Position numbers and translations under genes: made by a program | Notes under the pieces: generated by a model | Database searches by the model: none | Told to the model about the DNA's origin: nothing | What the model saw: the letters and a program-made list of their open reading frames with translations, nothing else | Assembly: GCA_965197585.1 (NCBI GenBank) | Contig: OZ240215.1 | Span: 2,464,001-2,528,000, forward strand | Source of the DNA: Dehalococcoidia bacterium | GTDB taxonomy: Bacteria; Chloroflexota; Dehalococcoidia; Plut-88900 | Length of the DNA stretch: 64,000 nucleotides | Direction of reading: 5' to 3' | Part shown: positions 37,398 to 48,788 of the stretch, piece after piece | Position numbering within the stretch: the first letter of the stretch is position 1 | Layout: every line of letters starts with the position of its first letter

Positions 37398-40300
37398 ATG
37401 CCCCCCAAACCCTCTAAAGTCCTCGTCATAGGCTCCGGCCCAATCGTCATCGGTCAGGCCGCCGAGTTCGACTACGCCGGTACCCAGGCCTGTAAGGCCC
37501 TCCGCGAAGAGGGTGTCATTTCCGTCCTCGTCAACTCCAACCCCGCTACCATCATGACCGACGAAGACATCGCCGACATCGTCTATATCGAACCCCTCAC
37601 CGTCGATGTTGTATCCCGTATCATCGAGCAGGAGCGCCCCGACGGCGTTCTCCCGACTCTCGGCGGTCAGACCGGCCTAAACCTCGCAGTCGAACTCGCC
37701 GACGCCGGTGTCCTCGAAAAGTACGGCGTCCGCATGCTCGGCACTCCCTTAGGCACCATCCGCCAGGCCGAGGACCGTGAACTCTTCAAGCAGCTCCTCC
37801 ACGATATCGGCGAGCCTTCCCCTCCCAGCGCCACCGTCGAGACCGTAGATGGCGCCTTGGCTGTAGAAGACAAGCTCGGACTGCCCCTAGTCATACGCCC
37901 TGCCTACACCCTCGGCGGCACCGGTGGCGGCATTGCCCGCACCCGGGACGAGCTAGCCACCATCGCCGCCGGTGGTATCGCTGCCAGCCCCATCAATCAG
38001 GTCCTCATCGAGCGCTACCTCGAAGGTTGGAAGGAGCTGGAGTACGAGGTAATGCGCGATTCTGCGGACAACTGCATAACCATCTGCAACATGGAGAATA
38101 TCGATCCCATGGGTGTCCACACCGGCGACAGTATCGTCGTTGCCCCGAGCCAGACCCTCTCCGACCGCGACTATCAAATGCTCCGTTCTTCCAGCCTCAA
38201 CATCATCCGAGCCCTCGGCATCGAGGGCGGTTGCAACGTCCAGTTCGCCCTCGCCCCCGGGCCCCTCGTCGCCGAGGCCTTCGGCCAGTCCTCTGTAGAT
38301 GGCCGCTCTTACTATGTCATCGAGGTCAATCCACGCGTCAGCCGCAGCTCCGCCCTCGCCAGCAAGGCCACCGGCTATCCCATCGCCCGAGTCGCCGCCA
38401 AGATCGCCGTCGGCAAGACGCTGGACGAAATCCCCAACGCCGTCACCGGCAAGACCCGAGCCGCCTTCGAACCCTCCCTTGACTACTGCGTCGTCAAGAT
38501 TCCCCGCTGGCCCTTCGACAAGTTCGCCTCCGGAGACCGCCGCCTCGGAACCCAGATGAAGGCCACCGGAGAGGTCATGGCCGTGGACCGCTCCTTTGAG
38601 GCCGCACTGCAGAAGGCCGTCCGATCCCTGGAAACCGGCCAACGTCGCCTCCTCTGGGAAGACCGAGCCTGGGCCCAGGACGAAAATGGCGCCAATGGCA
38701 CTGTCCCCACGGAACCCAGCGATGATCGAATCTGGGCCCTCATGGCCTCCCTCCGCCGAGGCCTAAGCCCCGAAGACCTCTCCCGCCGCACCGGCATCGA
38801 CCCCTGGTTCACAAACAAGCTGTACAACATCGTCCACATGGAGCGCCGCCTCCTGAAGGAACCCCTCACCCCGTCTCTAATGCGTTCCGCCAAGCGTCTC
38901 GGCTTCGCCGACGATTACATCGGTACACTCGCCGACCGCCTCCCCGAGCAGGTCCGAGACCTCCGCCAATTCTGGGGCCTCCGCCCCGTCTACAAGATGG
39001 TCGACACCTGCGCCGCAGAGTTCGCCGCCGAGACTCCTTATTTCTACAGCTCCTACGAGCAGGAGAACGAGGCTGAGGCAATACCCGGCCGCAGGGCTGT
39101 CGTCATCGGCTCCGGCCCCATCCGCATCGGCCAGGGTATCGAGTTCGACTACTGCAGCGTCCACGCTTCCTGGGCCCTCAAGAAAGAGGGCACCGGTTCC
39201 ATCATGGTCAACTCCAACCCCGAGACCGTTTCCACCGACTTCGACACCAGCGACAGACTCTACTTCGAACCCCTCGACGAGGAAAGCCTCCGGGACATCC
39301 TCGAAAACGAAAATGCTGATGTGGTAGGCGGCAACGGCAACTCAGCCGAGATCGTAGTCCAGTTCGGTGGCCAGACCGCTATCAACCTCGCCGAGCCCCT
39401 ACACCGCACCGGCACGCCCATTCTCGGCTCCTCCTCCGATACCATAGACATGGCCGAGGACCGGCACCGCTTCGAGGACTTCCTCAATCGCCTCGGCATT
39501 CCTCAGCCCCCCGGCGCCGCCATCTCCTCTGTCGAGGCCGGCCTCAACGTCGCTCAGAGCATCGGCTATCCCGTTCTCGTACGCCCCAGCTACGTATTAG
39601 GCGGCCGGGCTATGGAGATAGTTCACAACGCCACCGAGCTAATCCGTTACGTTGCCGCCGCCGTAGACGTCGCCCCGGGCCGCCCCATCCTCATCGACAA
39701 GTACCTCGAGGGCATGGAGGTCGAGGTCGACGCCATCTGCGATGGGGAGCAGGTCCTCATCCCCGGCATCATGGAGCACATTGAGCGGGCCGGAGTCCAC
39801 AGCGGCGACTCCATGGCCGTCTACCCCGCCCCCAGCCTCACCACCGCCCAGAGAGACGCCATCATCGACTACACTGTCAGCATTGGCATTGGCCTTCAGG
39901 TCAAAGGTCTTATGAACATCCAGTATGTAGTAATGAAACCCTCCGACACAGATGAACGTGACCGGGGAGAACCCCTCGTCTACGTGCTTGAAGTAAACCC
40001 GCGCGCCAGCCGCACCGTCCCGTTCCTCTCCAAGATCACCGGCGTCCCTATAGTCCAGGTGGCAACCCGTATCATGATGGGCAAGTCCCTGGAGCAGCAG
40101 GGCTACTCTGGCGGCCTCTGGCCCGCCAAAGACATCGTCGCCATCAAGGCCCCCGTCTTCTCCATGTCCAAGCTAATTGGCGTCGACACCTTCCTAGGCC
40201 CCGAGATGAAGTCCACCGGCGAGGTCATGGGCATCGACCATTCCCTCGGCTCCGCCCTCGCCAAGGCCCTCCTCGCCAGCGACATGATGCTCCCACCCAA

Positions 40301-40706
40301 GGGTGCAGTCCTCCTCAGCATTGCCGACCGGGACAAGGCCGAAGCCCTGGACATCGTCAGGATGTTCGCCTCCCTCTCTTACAAACTTTATGCCACCCAA
40401 GGCACCGCCGAGATGATCCAGGCCATCGGCCTTTCCGTTACCGCCGTGGTCAAGGCCGGACAGGGCACTCCCGACATCGTCGACATCATCCAGGATGGCA
40501 CCGTCGACGTCGTAGTCAACACCTTGACCGGTCACCGCACCCCTCTCAGGGACGGCTTCCAGATACGACGCGCCGCCGCCGAGAGACGTATCCCATGCTT
40601 CACCTCCCTGGACACCGCCCGAGCCACCGTCGACGCCCTCGTAAACGGGCCCCTCAGCTTTTCCGTAAAACCACTTCGCGCCTATCTGGAATCGAGCCCC
40701 AAATGA
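37398..40706 (+). CDS. carB: Carbamoyl-phosphate synthase large subunit
   Basis: [17 protein letters not shown], duplicated ATP-grasp halves, MGS-like C-terminus. Confidence 0.97.
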   Translation: MPPKPSKVLVIGSGPIVIGQAAEFDYAGTQACKALREEGVISVLVNSNPATIMTDEDIADIVYIEPLTVDVVSRIIEQERPDGVLPTLGGQTGLNLAVELADAGVLEKYGVRMLGTPLGTIRQAEDRELFKQLLHDIGEPSPPSATVETVDGALAVEDKLGLPLVIRPAYTLGGTGGGIARTRDELATIAAGGIAASPINQVLIERYLEGWKELEYEVMRDSADNCITICNMENIDPMGVHTGDSIVVAPSQTLSDRDYQMLRSSSLNIIRALGIEGGCNVQFALAPGPLVAEAFGQSSVDGRSYYVIEVNPRVSRSSALASKATGYPIARVAAKIAVGKTLDEIPNAVTGKTRAAFEPSLDYCVVKIPRWPFDKFASGDRRLGTQMKATGEVMAVDRSFEAALQKAVRSLETGQRRLLWEDRAWAQDENGANGTVPTEPSDDRIWALMASLRRGLSPEDLSRRTGIDPWFTNKLYNIVHMERRLLKEPLTPSLMRSAKRLGFADDYIGTLADRLPEQVRDLRQFWGLRPVYKMVDTCAAEFAAETPYFYSSYEQENEAEAIPGRRAVVIGSGPIRIGQGIEFDYCSVHASWALKKEGTGSIMVNSNPETVSTDFDTSDRLYFEPLDEESLRDILENENADVVGGNGNSAEIVVQFGGQTAINLAEPLHRTGTPILGSSSDTIDMAEDRHRFEDFLNRLGIPQPPGAAISSVEAGLNVAQSIGYPVLVRPSYVLGGRAMEIVHNATELIRYVAAAVDVAPGRPILIDKYLEGMEVEVDAICDGEQVLIPGIMEHIERAGVHSGDSMAVYPAPSLTTAQRDAIIDYTVSIGIGLQVKGLMNIQYVVMKPSDTDERDRGEPLVYVLEVNPRASRTVPFLSKITGVPIVQVATRIMMGKSLEQQGYSGGLWPAKDIVAIKAPVFSMSKLIGVDTFLGPEMKSTGEVMGIDHSLGSALAKALLASDMMLPPKGAVLLSIADRDKAEALDIVRMFASLSYKLYATQGTAEMIQAIGLSVTAVVKAGQGTPDIVDIIQDGTVDVVVNTLTGHRTPLRDGFQIRRAAAERRIPCFTSLDTARATVDALVNGPLSFSVKPLRAYLESSPK

Positions 40707-41524
40707 TGGAAGATCACCTAGCCAAGGTCCTCGCAAACCACACCATCGCCCCCGGCGTCCACTGCCTGTGGGTCGACTCTCCTTCAGTCGCCGAAAGCCG
40801 GACCCCCGGTGAGTTCGTCATGGCCGAATGCGGCGACACTTCGGACCCTCTTCTCAGAAGAGCCATCAGCATTCACCGCTACGGACCCGACCTTCTCGCT
40901 GCTGATCCTGCCCTCGCCTCAGATTGGATAACCCCTGACTCTACAGCGCTTCTCTTCAATACGGGGAGCGCCGCCCGGACTTGGCTCGCCAACCGGGTAG
41001 CAGGTGATGAGATAAGAGTGCTCGGGCCCCTTGGTCGAGGCTACAGCATCGATCCCTCTGCCCAGAACCTAGTCATGGGCGGTGGTGGCACTGGCCTCGC
41101 TCCCCTGATCGCCTTGGCCGACCAGGCCGTCGCGTCGGGAAAGGACGTGACCATCGTTTCCGCCGCCCGTAAAGCCTCCCTCCTCTATCCCCGGGACTGG
41201 GTCCCGGAAGGAGTTAACGTCGTTGAGGTCACAGAGGACGGCTCAACCGGGGAAAAGGGTCTTATCACTGAAGCCCTGCCAAAAATCATGCAGAACGCCG
41301 ACCAGGCATTCTTCTGTGGCCCCGTGCCCATGTACCGAGCCATTTGGGAGACTTGGCGCAACCATGACATTTCCACTCCTACCCAGATCCTTCTTGAGGT
41401 GCGAATGGCCTGTGGCTTCGGCATCTGCTACGGTTGCGCCGTGGCCACACATTCGGGCCGTAAGATGGTCTGCACCCAGGGCCCGATGTTTGACCTCGCA
41501 GAGGTCAACTGGACGGGGTTGTGA
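40703..41524 (+). CDS. pyrK: Dihydroorotate dehydrogenase electron-transfer subunit
   Basis: LRRAISI, GPLG.G, GGG.G.APL, CGP..M, MACG.G.C.GC...C..GP [2Fe-2S] motif; ATGA overlap with carB. Confidence 0.88.
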   Translation: MMEDHLAKVLANHTIAPGVHCLWVDSPSVAESRTPGEFVMAECGDTSDPLLRRAISIHRYGPDLLAADPALASDWITPDSTALLFNTGSAARTWLANRVAGDEIRVLGPLGRGYSIDPSAQNLVMGGGGTGLAPLIALADQAVASGKDVTIVSAARKASLLYPRDWVPEGVNVVEVTEDGSTGEKGLITEALPKIMQNADQAFFCGPVPMYRAIWETWRNHDISTPTQILLEVRMACGFGICYGCAVATHSGRKMVCTQGPMFDLAEVNWTGL

Positions 41525-42915
41525 TCAGATGCTCCCGCATAAGTGCGGGTCTCCTTCCCCTTATTCTCATACTTGTGCTCGTCCTCACGGCCTGTGGTAG
41601 CAATGAGGAGCCCCCGGATGACACACCCACGATCCCTCCCCCCTCACCCACATCCGCGCCTCCGACCGCCACTCCTGAACCCGCCCCCACACCCACTCCT
41701 ACCCCGGCGCCGGAACCCGACGTGAACCTCATCGCCTTCGTCGGCCTCGACGACAGCATCTACACGATCCGACCTGATGGCACGGACCAGCAGCTTGTGT
41801 CAATCCCTATGTCCGGGGAGACCGCCTCCCTTGCCGGTAGCGCATTCTTTGCCAGTCACACCGTCTACAACTGGCCCACCTGGTCCCCCGACGCTTCCAA
41901 GCTCGCCTTCACCTCCTTCTCCGACAACGGCGATTTCGGTGGCGCACTCTGGCTCGTCGATATCCCCGGCGGGCTCCCCAGCAAAGTCTTCCAGGACCCC
42001 GACGACACCATAGGCAGGTTCGTAGCCCAGCGCAGTCCCCACTACATCTACTGGGCCCCCGGCAGCGACAGGGTCGCCTTCCTCGCCCCCACCCCCACCT
42101 CCCTCGTCCTCTACATGATCGAGACCAATGATCCTCACCACCCCGAGGTCCTATCCTTCGGCGCTCCTTCTTACATGGCCTGGTCCCCTGACGGACAATA
42201 CCTCCTCCACCACTTGGTCGACGCCGTCGACCTCATCGATACCCGCAATGACTTGGAAAGGGCCTCCCTCGATGCCCGATCCGTCTCTTTCAGGACCCCC
42301 GCCTGGAGCCCGGACAGCCGGCAAATGGCTTACGTGGACGGCTCCATTGGCGCTGATACCCTCGTCATTACCGATGTCCAGGGCAACTCCAAAATCGAAG
42401 TCGACCGCGTTAGCATCCTCACAGTCTTCCTGTGGTCCCCATCGTTAAACGAGATCGCATACACTGAGTTGACCCCGGCACGTAGCCTGGGCATCCCCAC
42501 CTACGGTGGGCTTGCCGTCTTCGACGTTGACTCCGGCGAGACCCGTCAGATCACCAACCGCGAGATCGCTGCCTTCTTCTGGTCTCCAGACGGCTCGATG
42601 GTCGCCTACGTGGGCATTGACCGTCCCGCTGCTACCATCTCTTGGTACGTCAACGATAGGTCTGGCAAGGCCGAAAAGAAACTCACCGACTTCGTCCCTT
42701 CCTCCGAGCAGCTTTTCGTCATGTTTGCCTTCTTCGATCAGTACGCCTACTCCAACAACCTCTGGTCCCCCGACGGCCGGTCCCTCGTCTACTCTGCCCG
42801 AGACCCGGACGCCAATGGCACCGGAGGCAGTACCATCCAGGTCGTCTCGATAGACGGCGTTTCTCCCCCCAGGGTAATAGCCCCTGGCAACCTCGCCTTC
42901 TGGTCCCCTAAATAA
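41521..42915 (+). CDS. Lipoprotein with Pro/Thr linker and TolB-like (PD40) beta-propeller
   Basis: Lipobox LTAC, PTPTP linker, repeated WSPDG motifs. Confidence 0.82.
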   Translation: MIRCSRISAGLLPLILILVLVLTACGSNEEPPDDTPTIPPPSPTSAPPTATPEPAPTPTPTPAPEPDVNLIAFVGLDDSIYTIRPDGTDQQLVSIPMSGETASLAGSAFFASHTVYNWPTWSPDASKLAFTSFSDNGDFGGALWLVDIPGGLPSKVFQDPDDTIGRFVAQRSPHYIYWAPGSDRVAFLAPTPTSLVLYMIETNDPHHPEVLSFGAPSYMAWSPDGQYLLHHLVDAVDLIDTRNDLERASLDARSVSFRTPAWSPDSRQMAYVDGSIGADTLVITDVQGNSKIEVDRVSILTVFLWSPSLNEIAYTELTPARSLGIPTYGGLAVFDVDSGETRQITNREIAAFFWSPDGSMVAYVGIDRPAATISWYVNDRSGKAEKKLTDFVPSSEQLFVMFAFFDQYAYSNNLWSPDGRSLVYSARDPDANGTGGSTIQVVSIDGVSPPRVIAPGNLAFWSPK

Positions 42916-42947
42916 CCGCCTCATACCCCCACCCCCCACCCACCCCC

Positions 42948-43679
42948 CTAATACACCATCTCCCCGCCGAGAAACGCCCTAGTCCTCGGGTCGCGCGCCT
43001 CGGAGAATAGCGACTCCGTGGGCCCCACCTCCACCACCTTCCCATCCAGCAGCAGCGCCGTCCTGTCCGCCAGCCGACGCGCCTGAAACACATTGTGCGT
43101 CACCAGCACAATCGTCGTTCCCATCTCCCTGCGAGCCTTCATCATCAAGTCCTCTACGAGTGCCACGTTATAGGGGTCCAGGTTCGCCGTCGGCTCGTCC
43201 AGCAGCAACACCTCCGGCTCGATTATCAGTGCCCGTGCCAGCGCCACCCTCTGCGTCTCCCCGAACGAGATTGTCGACGGGTGCTCCTTCGCCAACGCCC
43301 CCATGCCCAGCCGGTCCAGAAATTCCGCCGCCCGAGCCTTGGCATCCCGTACCCCCCGCAGCTTCAGCCCATACGCCACGTTCCCCAACACCGACGTGTT
43401 GAACAGCAGGGGACTCTGAAACACCAGCGTCATCCGTCTCCGCACCGATAGCGATACCTGCGTCCTCCCGTCATACGCTTCCCCCGAGAACCGAATCACA
43501 CCCGAGCTCTGCGGCTCCAGAAAGTTCAACATCCTTAAAAGCGTGCTTTTCCCAGACCCACTCGGCCCGATGAGACCCAACACCTCACCCCGTTCTATCT
43601 CCAGGTGATCTATATTGCACGCTTCCCGCTCCCCGTACCGTTTCACCAGCCCTTCCAGCTTGTAAATGCTCTCGCTCAT
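42948..43679 (-). CDS. tupC: Tungstate ABC transporter ATPase
   Basis: GPSGSGKST, LLLDEP, VTH; context downstream of tupAB. Confidence 0.8.
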   Translation of the reverse strand: MSESIYKLEGLVKRYGEREACNIDHLEIERGEVLGLIGPSGSGKSTLLRMLNFLEPQSSGVIRFSGEAYDGRTQVSLSVRRRMTLVFQSPLLFNTSVLGNVAYGLKLRGVRDAKARAAEFLDRLGMGALAKEHPSTISFGETQRVALARALIIEPEVLLLDEPTANLDPYNVALVEDLMMKARREMGTTIVLVTHNVFQARRLADRTALLLDGKVVEVGPTESLFSEARDPRTRAFLGGEMVY

Positions 43680-44374
43680 CGGGCCAACGCCCTTCCCTGC
43701 AACCGAGTCGCGACCAAATTGATCGTGAACGATATCAAGAGCAGTATGATCCCCAGCGCTATCGCCGCGGCGAACTCCCCCTTCCTCGTCTCCAGCACTA
43801 TGGCCGTCGTCAACACCCTAGTGTTTCCGGCAATGTTCCCACCCACAATGATCACCGCCCCGACCTCCGTCACCACCCGCCCAAACGCCGCCGCCAACGC
43901 TATTACCATCGAGACCCGCGCCTCACCCAGCAGTGCCAGTGTCGCCTGTGCACGAGTTGCCCCCAGGCTCCTGAGCTGCAGCCACATCCCGGGGTTGATC
44001 GACAGTATCGCCGACATGGTCAGGCTCGCGATCACCGGGAAGGCGATGATGAACTGGGCTACCACTATGGCCCAGGGAGTGAAGAGCCAACCTAGCAGCC
44101 CGAATGGCCCCTGCTGCGACAACATCAGGAACACTATCAGCCCTACGACAACCGTGGGAAAGGCCATCCCCGAATAGGTCAGACCTATAAGGACCCGACG
44201 CCCCGGGAACCGGCTGAACGCCAGCCATATGCCGTACGGGACTGCCGCCGTCGCCGCCGCCAGCAGCGCCAGCCCCGAGACCTGGAGAGAGAACAGCGCT
44301 ATCTGGCGGACCTCCGGGTCCAGGCTCCCGATGAGCTTTATAGCCTGCCAGATCCCCCTTGCTATCTCATCCAT
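43676..44374 (-). CDS. tupB: Tungstate ABC transporter permease
   Basis: P.VVVGL, GPFG...LFTP.A, FGR...EVGA..IVGGNI..TRVLTTAI. Confidence 0.88.
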   Translation of the reverse strand: MDEIARGIWQAIKLIGSLDPEVRQIALFSLQVSGLALLAAATAAVPYGIWLAFSRFPGRRVLIGLTYSGMAFPTVVVGLIVFLMLSQQGPFGLLGWLFTPWAIVVAQFIIAFPVIASLTMSAILSINPGMWLQLRSLGATRAQATLALLGEARVSMVIALAAAFGRVVTEVGAVIIVGGNIAGNTRVLTTAIVLETRKGEFAAAIALGIILLLISFTINLVATRLQGRALAR

Positions 44375-44569
44375 CAGCCTACACCATCCACGCAGAATGA
44401 ACGAAGGCGTGACCCCCGCTCCCTCTCCCTCGATGACGCCGCCTCTGCACAACCGCCATTCCCGGCGGCTGGGGGGAGGTCCAGTCCCCTCTCCCTTGAT
44501 GGGAGAGGGCTAGGGTGAGGGTGAGAATGGTCCGAGTCCCCCCACGCATCCCGTTTCCACTCGGCGCTC

Positions 44570-45445
44570 CTATGGCCCAACCCCTTCCAGATGCACCGGG
44601 TTGAACAGAGAAAGCCCGTACTCCTCCCGCCTGAACTCCCTGATCCGCTCCTGTGTCTCCCTGGAAATCAGGAAATCGACAAACGCCTCGGCCAACTGCT
44701 TCTGCACCTGTATGTACTTCTCGGGATTCACAATGATGATGTGATAGGGGTTGAACAGCGTTTCATCGCCCTCCGCCAGGATATCCAGATTCAGGTTCTT
44801 CCTCGAAAGGAACGTGCCCCTGTCGGTCAGCGTGTATGCCCCCAGCTCGTCGGCGGTGGTAAGTGTGCCCCCCATCCCCTGCCCCAGCGACAGATACCAG
44901 TCCTCCGACTCCGGCGTCCCCACCCCCGACTCCACCCAAAGCTCCTTCTCCTTTACGTGCGTCCCCGACTCGTCCCCCCGAGACGCGAATATTGACTCAG
45001 TAGCTGCTATTCTCCTGAAGGCTTCCAGCCCATCCTTCAGCCCCGATATACCTGCCGGGTCTTCCTGCGGCCCCAGTATCACGAAGTCGTTGTACATCAC
45101 GTAGGTCCGATTCACTCCGTTCCCATCCGCCACGAACTTCTCTTCCAGGGTTGGCGCATGCACCAGCACCACGTCGGCGTCCCCCCGTGCCCCGATGGCC
45201 AACGCCTGCCCCGTTCCCACCGATATCACCCGCACGTTTGCGTTGTACTCCTCCTCGAACGGCGGGATGATGTAGTCAAGCAATCCCGAGTCGTATGTGC
45301 TCGTGGTTGTAGTCAGCACCAGCGACCGGCTCGTGTCCTGGAAGCACGCCATGCTTGCCAATAGAGCCACAAGGACCGCCACAAACGTGCCGAAGACTGC
45401 CACCCGCCCCCGTCCCCCAAATTTGTCCGACTTCATCCCTGTCAT
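44570..45445 (-). CDS. tupA: Tungstate-binding lipoprotein
   Basis: TTTS signature, DSGLL, GTGQAL, GDADV.LVHAP, SRGD.SGTH; lipobox MAC. Confidence 0.9.
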   Translation of the reverse strand: MTGMKSDKFGGRGRVAVFGTFVAVLVALLASMACFQDTSRSLVLTTTTSTYDSGLLDYIIPPFEEEYNANVRVISVGTGQALAIGARGDADVVLVHAPTLEEKFVADGNGVNRTYVMYNDFVILGPQEDPAGISGLKDGLEAFRRIAATESIFASRGDESGTHVKEKELWVESGVGTPESEDWYLSLGQGMGGTLTTADELGAYTLTDRGTFLSRKNLNLDILAEGDETLFNPYHIIIVNPEKYIQVQKQLAEAFVDFLISRETQERIREFRREEYGLSLFNPVHLEGVGP

Positions 45446-45606
45446 TTCAAAGGCGATCTTATCCCCTCTCCCTCGATGGGAGAGGGCTAGGGCCGTAGGC
45501 TCGCTGAGGAGAGTGAGGGTGATCCTCCTCCCCCAAAGCCACCGCATTCTAAGTACGTCAAGAACACTTGTCAATCTATCAATCAAACAATACAATCCTT
45601 AGTGAC

Positions 45607-46719
45607 ATGCCGACCCTTAAAACCAACCTCAAGTCCACCCGACTCGCCGCCGGCCTCTCTCAAACCGCCCTCGCCCGACAGGCCGCCATCTCCCGGCAGG
45701 CCTACGTCTCGATAGAAACCGGCAGGTCCGTCCCCTCCACCGAGGTCTCCCTCCGACTCGCCCGCTCCCTCGGATGCACCGTCGAGTCCCTATTCTCCCT
45801 ACCCTTCGAAGAGGGCAGCACCGTCAGGGCCGAGCTGGTCCCCACCCCACACCCCTCCCCCATACCATCCCGAGTCCAGCTCTTCTCTGTAGGCGGCAGG
45901 CTTCTCGCCCGTCCTCTCTCCGGTCGTAGCTCCACCAGCTACACCATGACCCCCGCCGACGGCATTGCTATGACTTCCGATTCCCCCGAAGATGTATCGG
46001 TCCGGCTGCTGGCCCCCTTGGACCAGGCCAATACGCTGGTACTGGCCGGCGGAGACCCCGCCATCCCCTTCCTCTCCCGAGACCTGGCCCTCCGTAACTT
46101 CCGCATGGTTCGACTCGGAGAGGACAGCGAGACTGCCCTTGCCTACTTGGCGGCGGGGACGGCCCACGTCGCCGGTTGCCACCTGTTTGACGAGACTACC
46201 GGACAGTACAACGTGTCCTGGGTCCGGCGCCTCGCTCCCTTCCCATGCTCCGTTATCACCTTCGCCATTCGGGAGCAGGGCCTTATCGTAACTGCGGGCA
46301 ACCCAAAGAACGTAGCCTCCATCGACGATCTCTCCCGTTCAGACCTCTCTTTCATCAACCGTGAAGAGGGTTCCGGCAGTCGAGCCCTCATGGACCGGCT
46401 CGTATCCCAGGCCGGCCTCACCCCCAACTCCATATACGGCTACCAACGCACCGCCGAGGGACACTTGGCCGTCGCCGACACCGTCGCCCTCGGTCTCGCT
46501 GACGCGGGTATCGGCGTCCGCTCCGCCGCTGAAGCCCGGGGCCTCGATTTCGTATCCCTCGGCCAAGAGCGATACGACTTCGTCATCCCCAACCACTTCC
46601 TCGACCTCCCCATGCTCCAAGCCTTCATCGATACCCTCAAGCAACCCTACTCCCGACGCCAGGTCGAAGCTCTCGGCGGCTACGACATTTCCTCCATGGG
46701 AGACCCTGTCACCGTCTGA
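45607..46719 (+). CDS. XRE-HTH + oxyanion-binding PBP-like domain transcriptional regulator
   Basis: N-terminal SQ..LA....ISRQ....IE.G..PS HTH; C-terminal HVAG.H, REQGL, FINR..GSGSR, ADAG.G, ERYDFVIP. Confidence 0.85.
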   Translation: MPTLKTNLKSTRLAAGLSQTALARQAAISRQAYVSIETGRSVPSTEVSLRLARSLGCTVESLFSLPFEEGSTVRAELVPTPHPSPIPSRVQLFSVGGRLLARPLSGRSSTSYTMTPADGIAMTSDSPEDVSVRLLAPLDQANTLVLAGGDPAIPFLSRDLALRNFRMVRLGEDSETALAYLAAGTAHVAGCHLFDETTGQYNVSWVRRLAPFPCSVITFAIREQGLIVTAGNPKNVASIDDLSRSDLSFINREEGSGSRALMDRLVSQAGLTPNSIYGYQRTAEGHLAVADTVALGLADAGIGVRSAAEARGLDFVSLGQERYDFVIPNHFLDLPMLQAFIDTLKQPYSRRQVEALGGYDISSMGDPVTV

Positions 46720-46811
46720 TCGGCTCTCCTTCGAAGTTCATATCGGTTCGGAGCCTTGGATCGGCAATCGATGGTATAGTCGGTATAGTCCCCTCGAAAG
46801 GAGCGTTGCGG

Positions 46812-47129
46812 ATGTCGGAAGCAAAGCAAGTTTGGTGGTTCACCGTGGATATCGTAGCTACGGGACAAAGCGCCATTGGGATAGTCGCGGCAGGTTTCTG
46901 GAACTCGATTGGCCTGGTAGCAATAAGCGTCCTGAATTCGATGGGGCTGGTCGCAATCGGCCCCATTAACTGTATGGGTTTCGTTGCCATCGGCGGCGTT
47001 AACGCTCTGGGAGTAGTTGCTATCGGCGGCGTCAACAGTGTCGGGGTGGTCGCCATTGGCGGCTACAACGCTACGGGTATCATTGCTATCGGTGGCGTAC
47101 ACAGCAAGACTGCTTTTCCCCTGATGTAA
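46812..47129 (+). CDS. Small hydrophobic protein built from 11-aa repeats
   Basis: AAGGAG RBS; about seven xxN(S/A)xGxVAIG repeats. Confidence 0.7.
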   Translation: MSEAKQVWWFTVDIVATGQSAIGIVAAGFWNSIGLVAISVLNSMGLVAIGPINCMGFVAIGGVNALGVVAIGGVNSVGVVAIGGYNATGIIAIGGVHSKTAFPLM

Positions 47130-47227
47130 TGGACTATAGGCGCCGGGGCAAAGACTTGTTTGAGACCCCGGCATGGACAAGCCGATAATCCTGGAACTAC
47201 AACCCCCCAGCGCGTCGACTTGAACCC

Positions 47228-48739
47228 ATGACGCCTCCAGAGCTCCCCCGCCACTCGGACACTGTAGTCATCGGTGGCGGCACTGCCGGTGCAGCAGTAG
47301 CGGGCCTCCTGGCTGAGCGCGGCAACCAGTCGGTTTTGCTCCTGGAAGCCGGCCCCGACTACGGCCCCTTTGCAGGACAACGCTGGCCGACTGAGCTCCT
47401 TGATGGCCGCATCGTAGCCAACACCCACGACTGGTCGTACACCAGCGCCGCTGCTGCCGGGCAGCCCGGCCACTCACTCCAACGCGCCAGGGTGATAGGC
47501 GGTTGCTCGGCTCACAACGGCTGCATCGCTCTTTGGGGCAGCCGCGCCGACTACGATGCCTGGGCATCTGCAGGCAACGACGGCTGGTCGACGGAAGAGT
47601 TGCTTCCCTATTTCCGAAAGGCTTCCACAAGGCTGCGAGTTCGGAAATTCGCGCCGGAGGAGATAACACCGTTCCACGGAGCCTGTCTCGACGCGATTGT
47701 CGACAGTCATATCCCCCATACCACCGACCTGAACGACATGGACGAAAACGTCGGCGCTGCTATGGCCCCAGTCAACATCTGGAACGGGATACGTTGGAAC
47801 GCCTCCTTCGCATATCTCGATCCCGTCCGGGACAAAAAAGGGCTCACGATTGCGGGTGATGTCCTGGTGGACAAGATCAACGTGGCTCACTCAAGAGCAG
47901 CTTCAGTCGATGTAGTCCATGCGGGAAAGAAAATAACAGTAGAGGCCGGACGGTTAGTCCTGTGCGCCGGAGCCTACGGCTCTCCCGCAGTTCTGTTGCG
48001 CTCAGGCATCGGCCCATCCGATGACCTAGCGGGGTTGGGTATCTCCAACCAGATCGATCTACCGGGCGTCGGGGCAAACCTCCACGACCATCCCGGCTTC
48101 AACATGAGCTACTGCGGCACCCCGTTCTTCGACTCCCTCATGGAGGAATTCATCGCCGACGGCAGGACCGTCTTTGCTGAGCAGAGCCTGGCCAAGGCCC
48201 GTAGCAGCCGCTGCAGTCAGGCCTTCGACCTGCACATTGCACCAGTCGCATCCCCGAGCCCCGACTCATCAGGACGCTGGCAGTGCAAGATCCTCGTCGC
48301 AAACATGGCCCCGAAGTCCCGAGGCCGTCTGACTCTTCCTGACGCCGACCCCCAAAGCAGTCCGGTTATCGACACCGGCTATCTTACAGACCCCGACGAC
48401 AACGACATCGCAGTGCTCATGGACGGGGTGACCATCAGCAGGGATATCGCTGTCCGACCATCGCTTGCCAAGCTGATAGGTAAAGAGCTTGACGATACGG
48501 CCAATGTGGTTTCAATCGAGGCAGTGCGGCGCAACAGCCTCCATTACTACCATCCAGTGGGCGCCTGCAAAATGGGCCCCGATACCGACCCTGCCGCAGT
48601 CGTCGACCCGACGGGCAAGGTCCACGGCCTGGATAACCTCTACGTCGCCGACGCCTCAATCATGCCCGTCGTGCCAAGGGCCAACACCAACCTCCCAACT
48701 CTCATGCTCGCCGAGCGCATCGCCGCCTCCCTCGACTAG
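47228..48739 (+). CDS. GMC-family oxidoreductase (choline dehydrogenase-like)
   Basis: IGGGTAG, LLEAG, GGCS..N, GVG.NLHDH, YYHPVG.CKMG, ADASIMP..PRANTN. Confidence 0.92.
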   Translation: MTPPELPRHSDTVVIGGGTAGAAVAGLLAERGNQSVLLLEAGPDYGPFAGQRWPTELLDGRIVANTHDWSYTSAAAAGQPGHSLQRARVIGGCSAHNGCIALWGSRADYDAWASAGNDGWSTEELLPYFRKASTRLRVRKFAPEEITPFHGACLDAIVDSHIPHTTDLNDMDENVGAAMAPVNIWNGIRWNASFAYLDPVRDKKGLTIAGDVLVDKINVAHSRAASVDVVHAGKKITVEAGRLVLCAGAYGSPAVLLRSGIGPSDDLAGLGISNQIDLPGVGANLHDHPGFNMSYCGTPFFDSLMEEFIADGRTVFAEQSLAKARSSRCSQAFDLHIAPVASPSPDSSGRWQCKILVANMAPKSRGRLTLPDADPQSSPVIDTGYLTDPDDNDIAVLMDGVTISRDIAVRPSLAKLIGKELDDTANVVSIEAVRRNSLHYYHPVGACKMGPDTDPAAVVDPTGKVHGLDNLYVADASIMPVVPRANTNLPTLMLAERIAASLD

Positions 48740-48788
48740 CTAGATTTTCGCCCAGCGGAGAGTTGCACTCCTACGTTTTCAGTTATAT

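Noticed and set aside
41610-41720. Low-complexity C-rich repeats
   Set aside because: Ordinary Pro/Thr linker of a lipoprotein.
45446-45595. Long N-terminal extensions on tupA (also tupB, carA, carB, endonuclease III) in the ORF track
   Set aside because: They run through intergenic repeats or overlap neighbouring genes; downstream starts fit the family N-termini.
46680-47180. Minus-strand repeat ORFs opposite the 11-aa repeat gene
   Set aside because: By-products of 33-bp periodicity; the + frame has the AAGGAG RBS and the coherent repeat.
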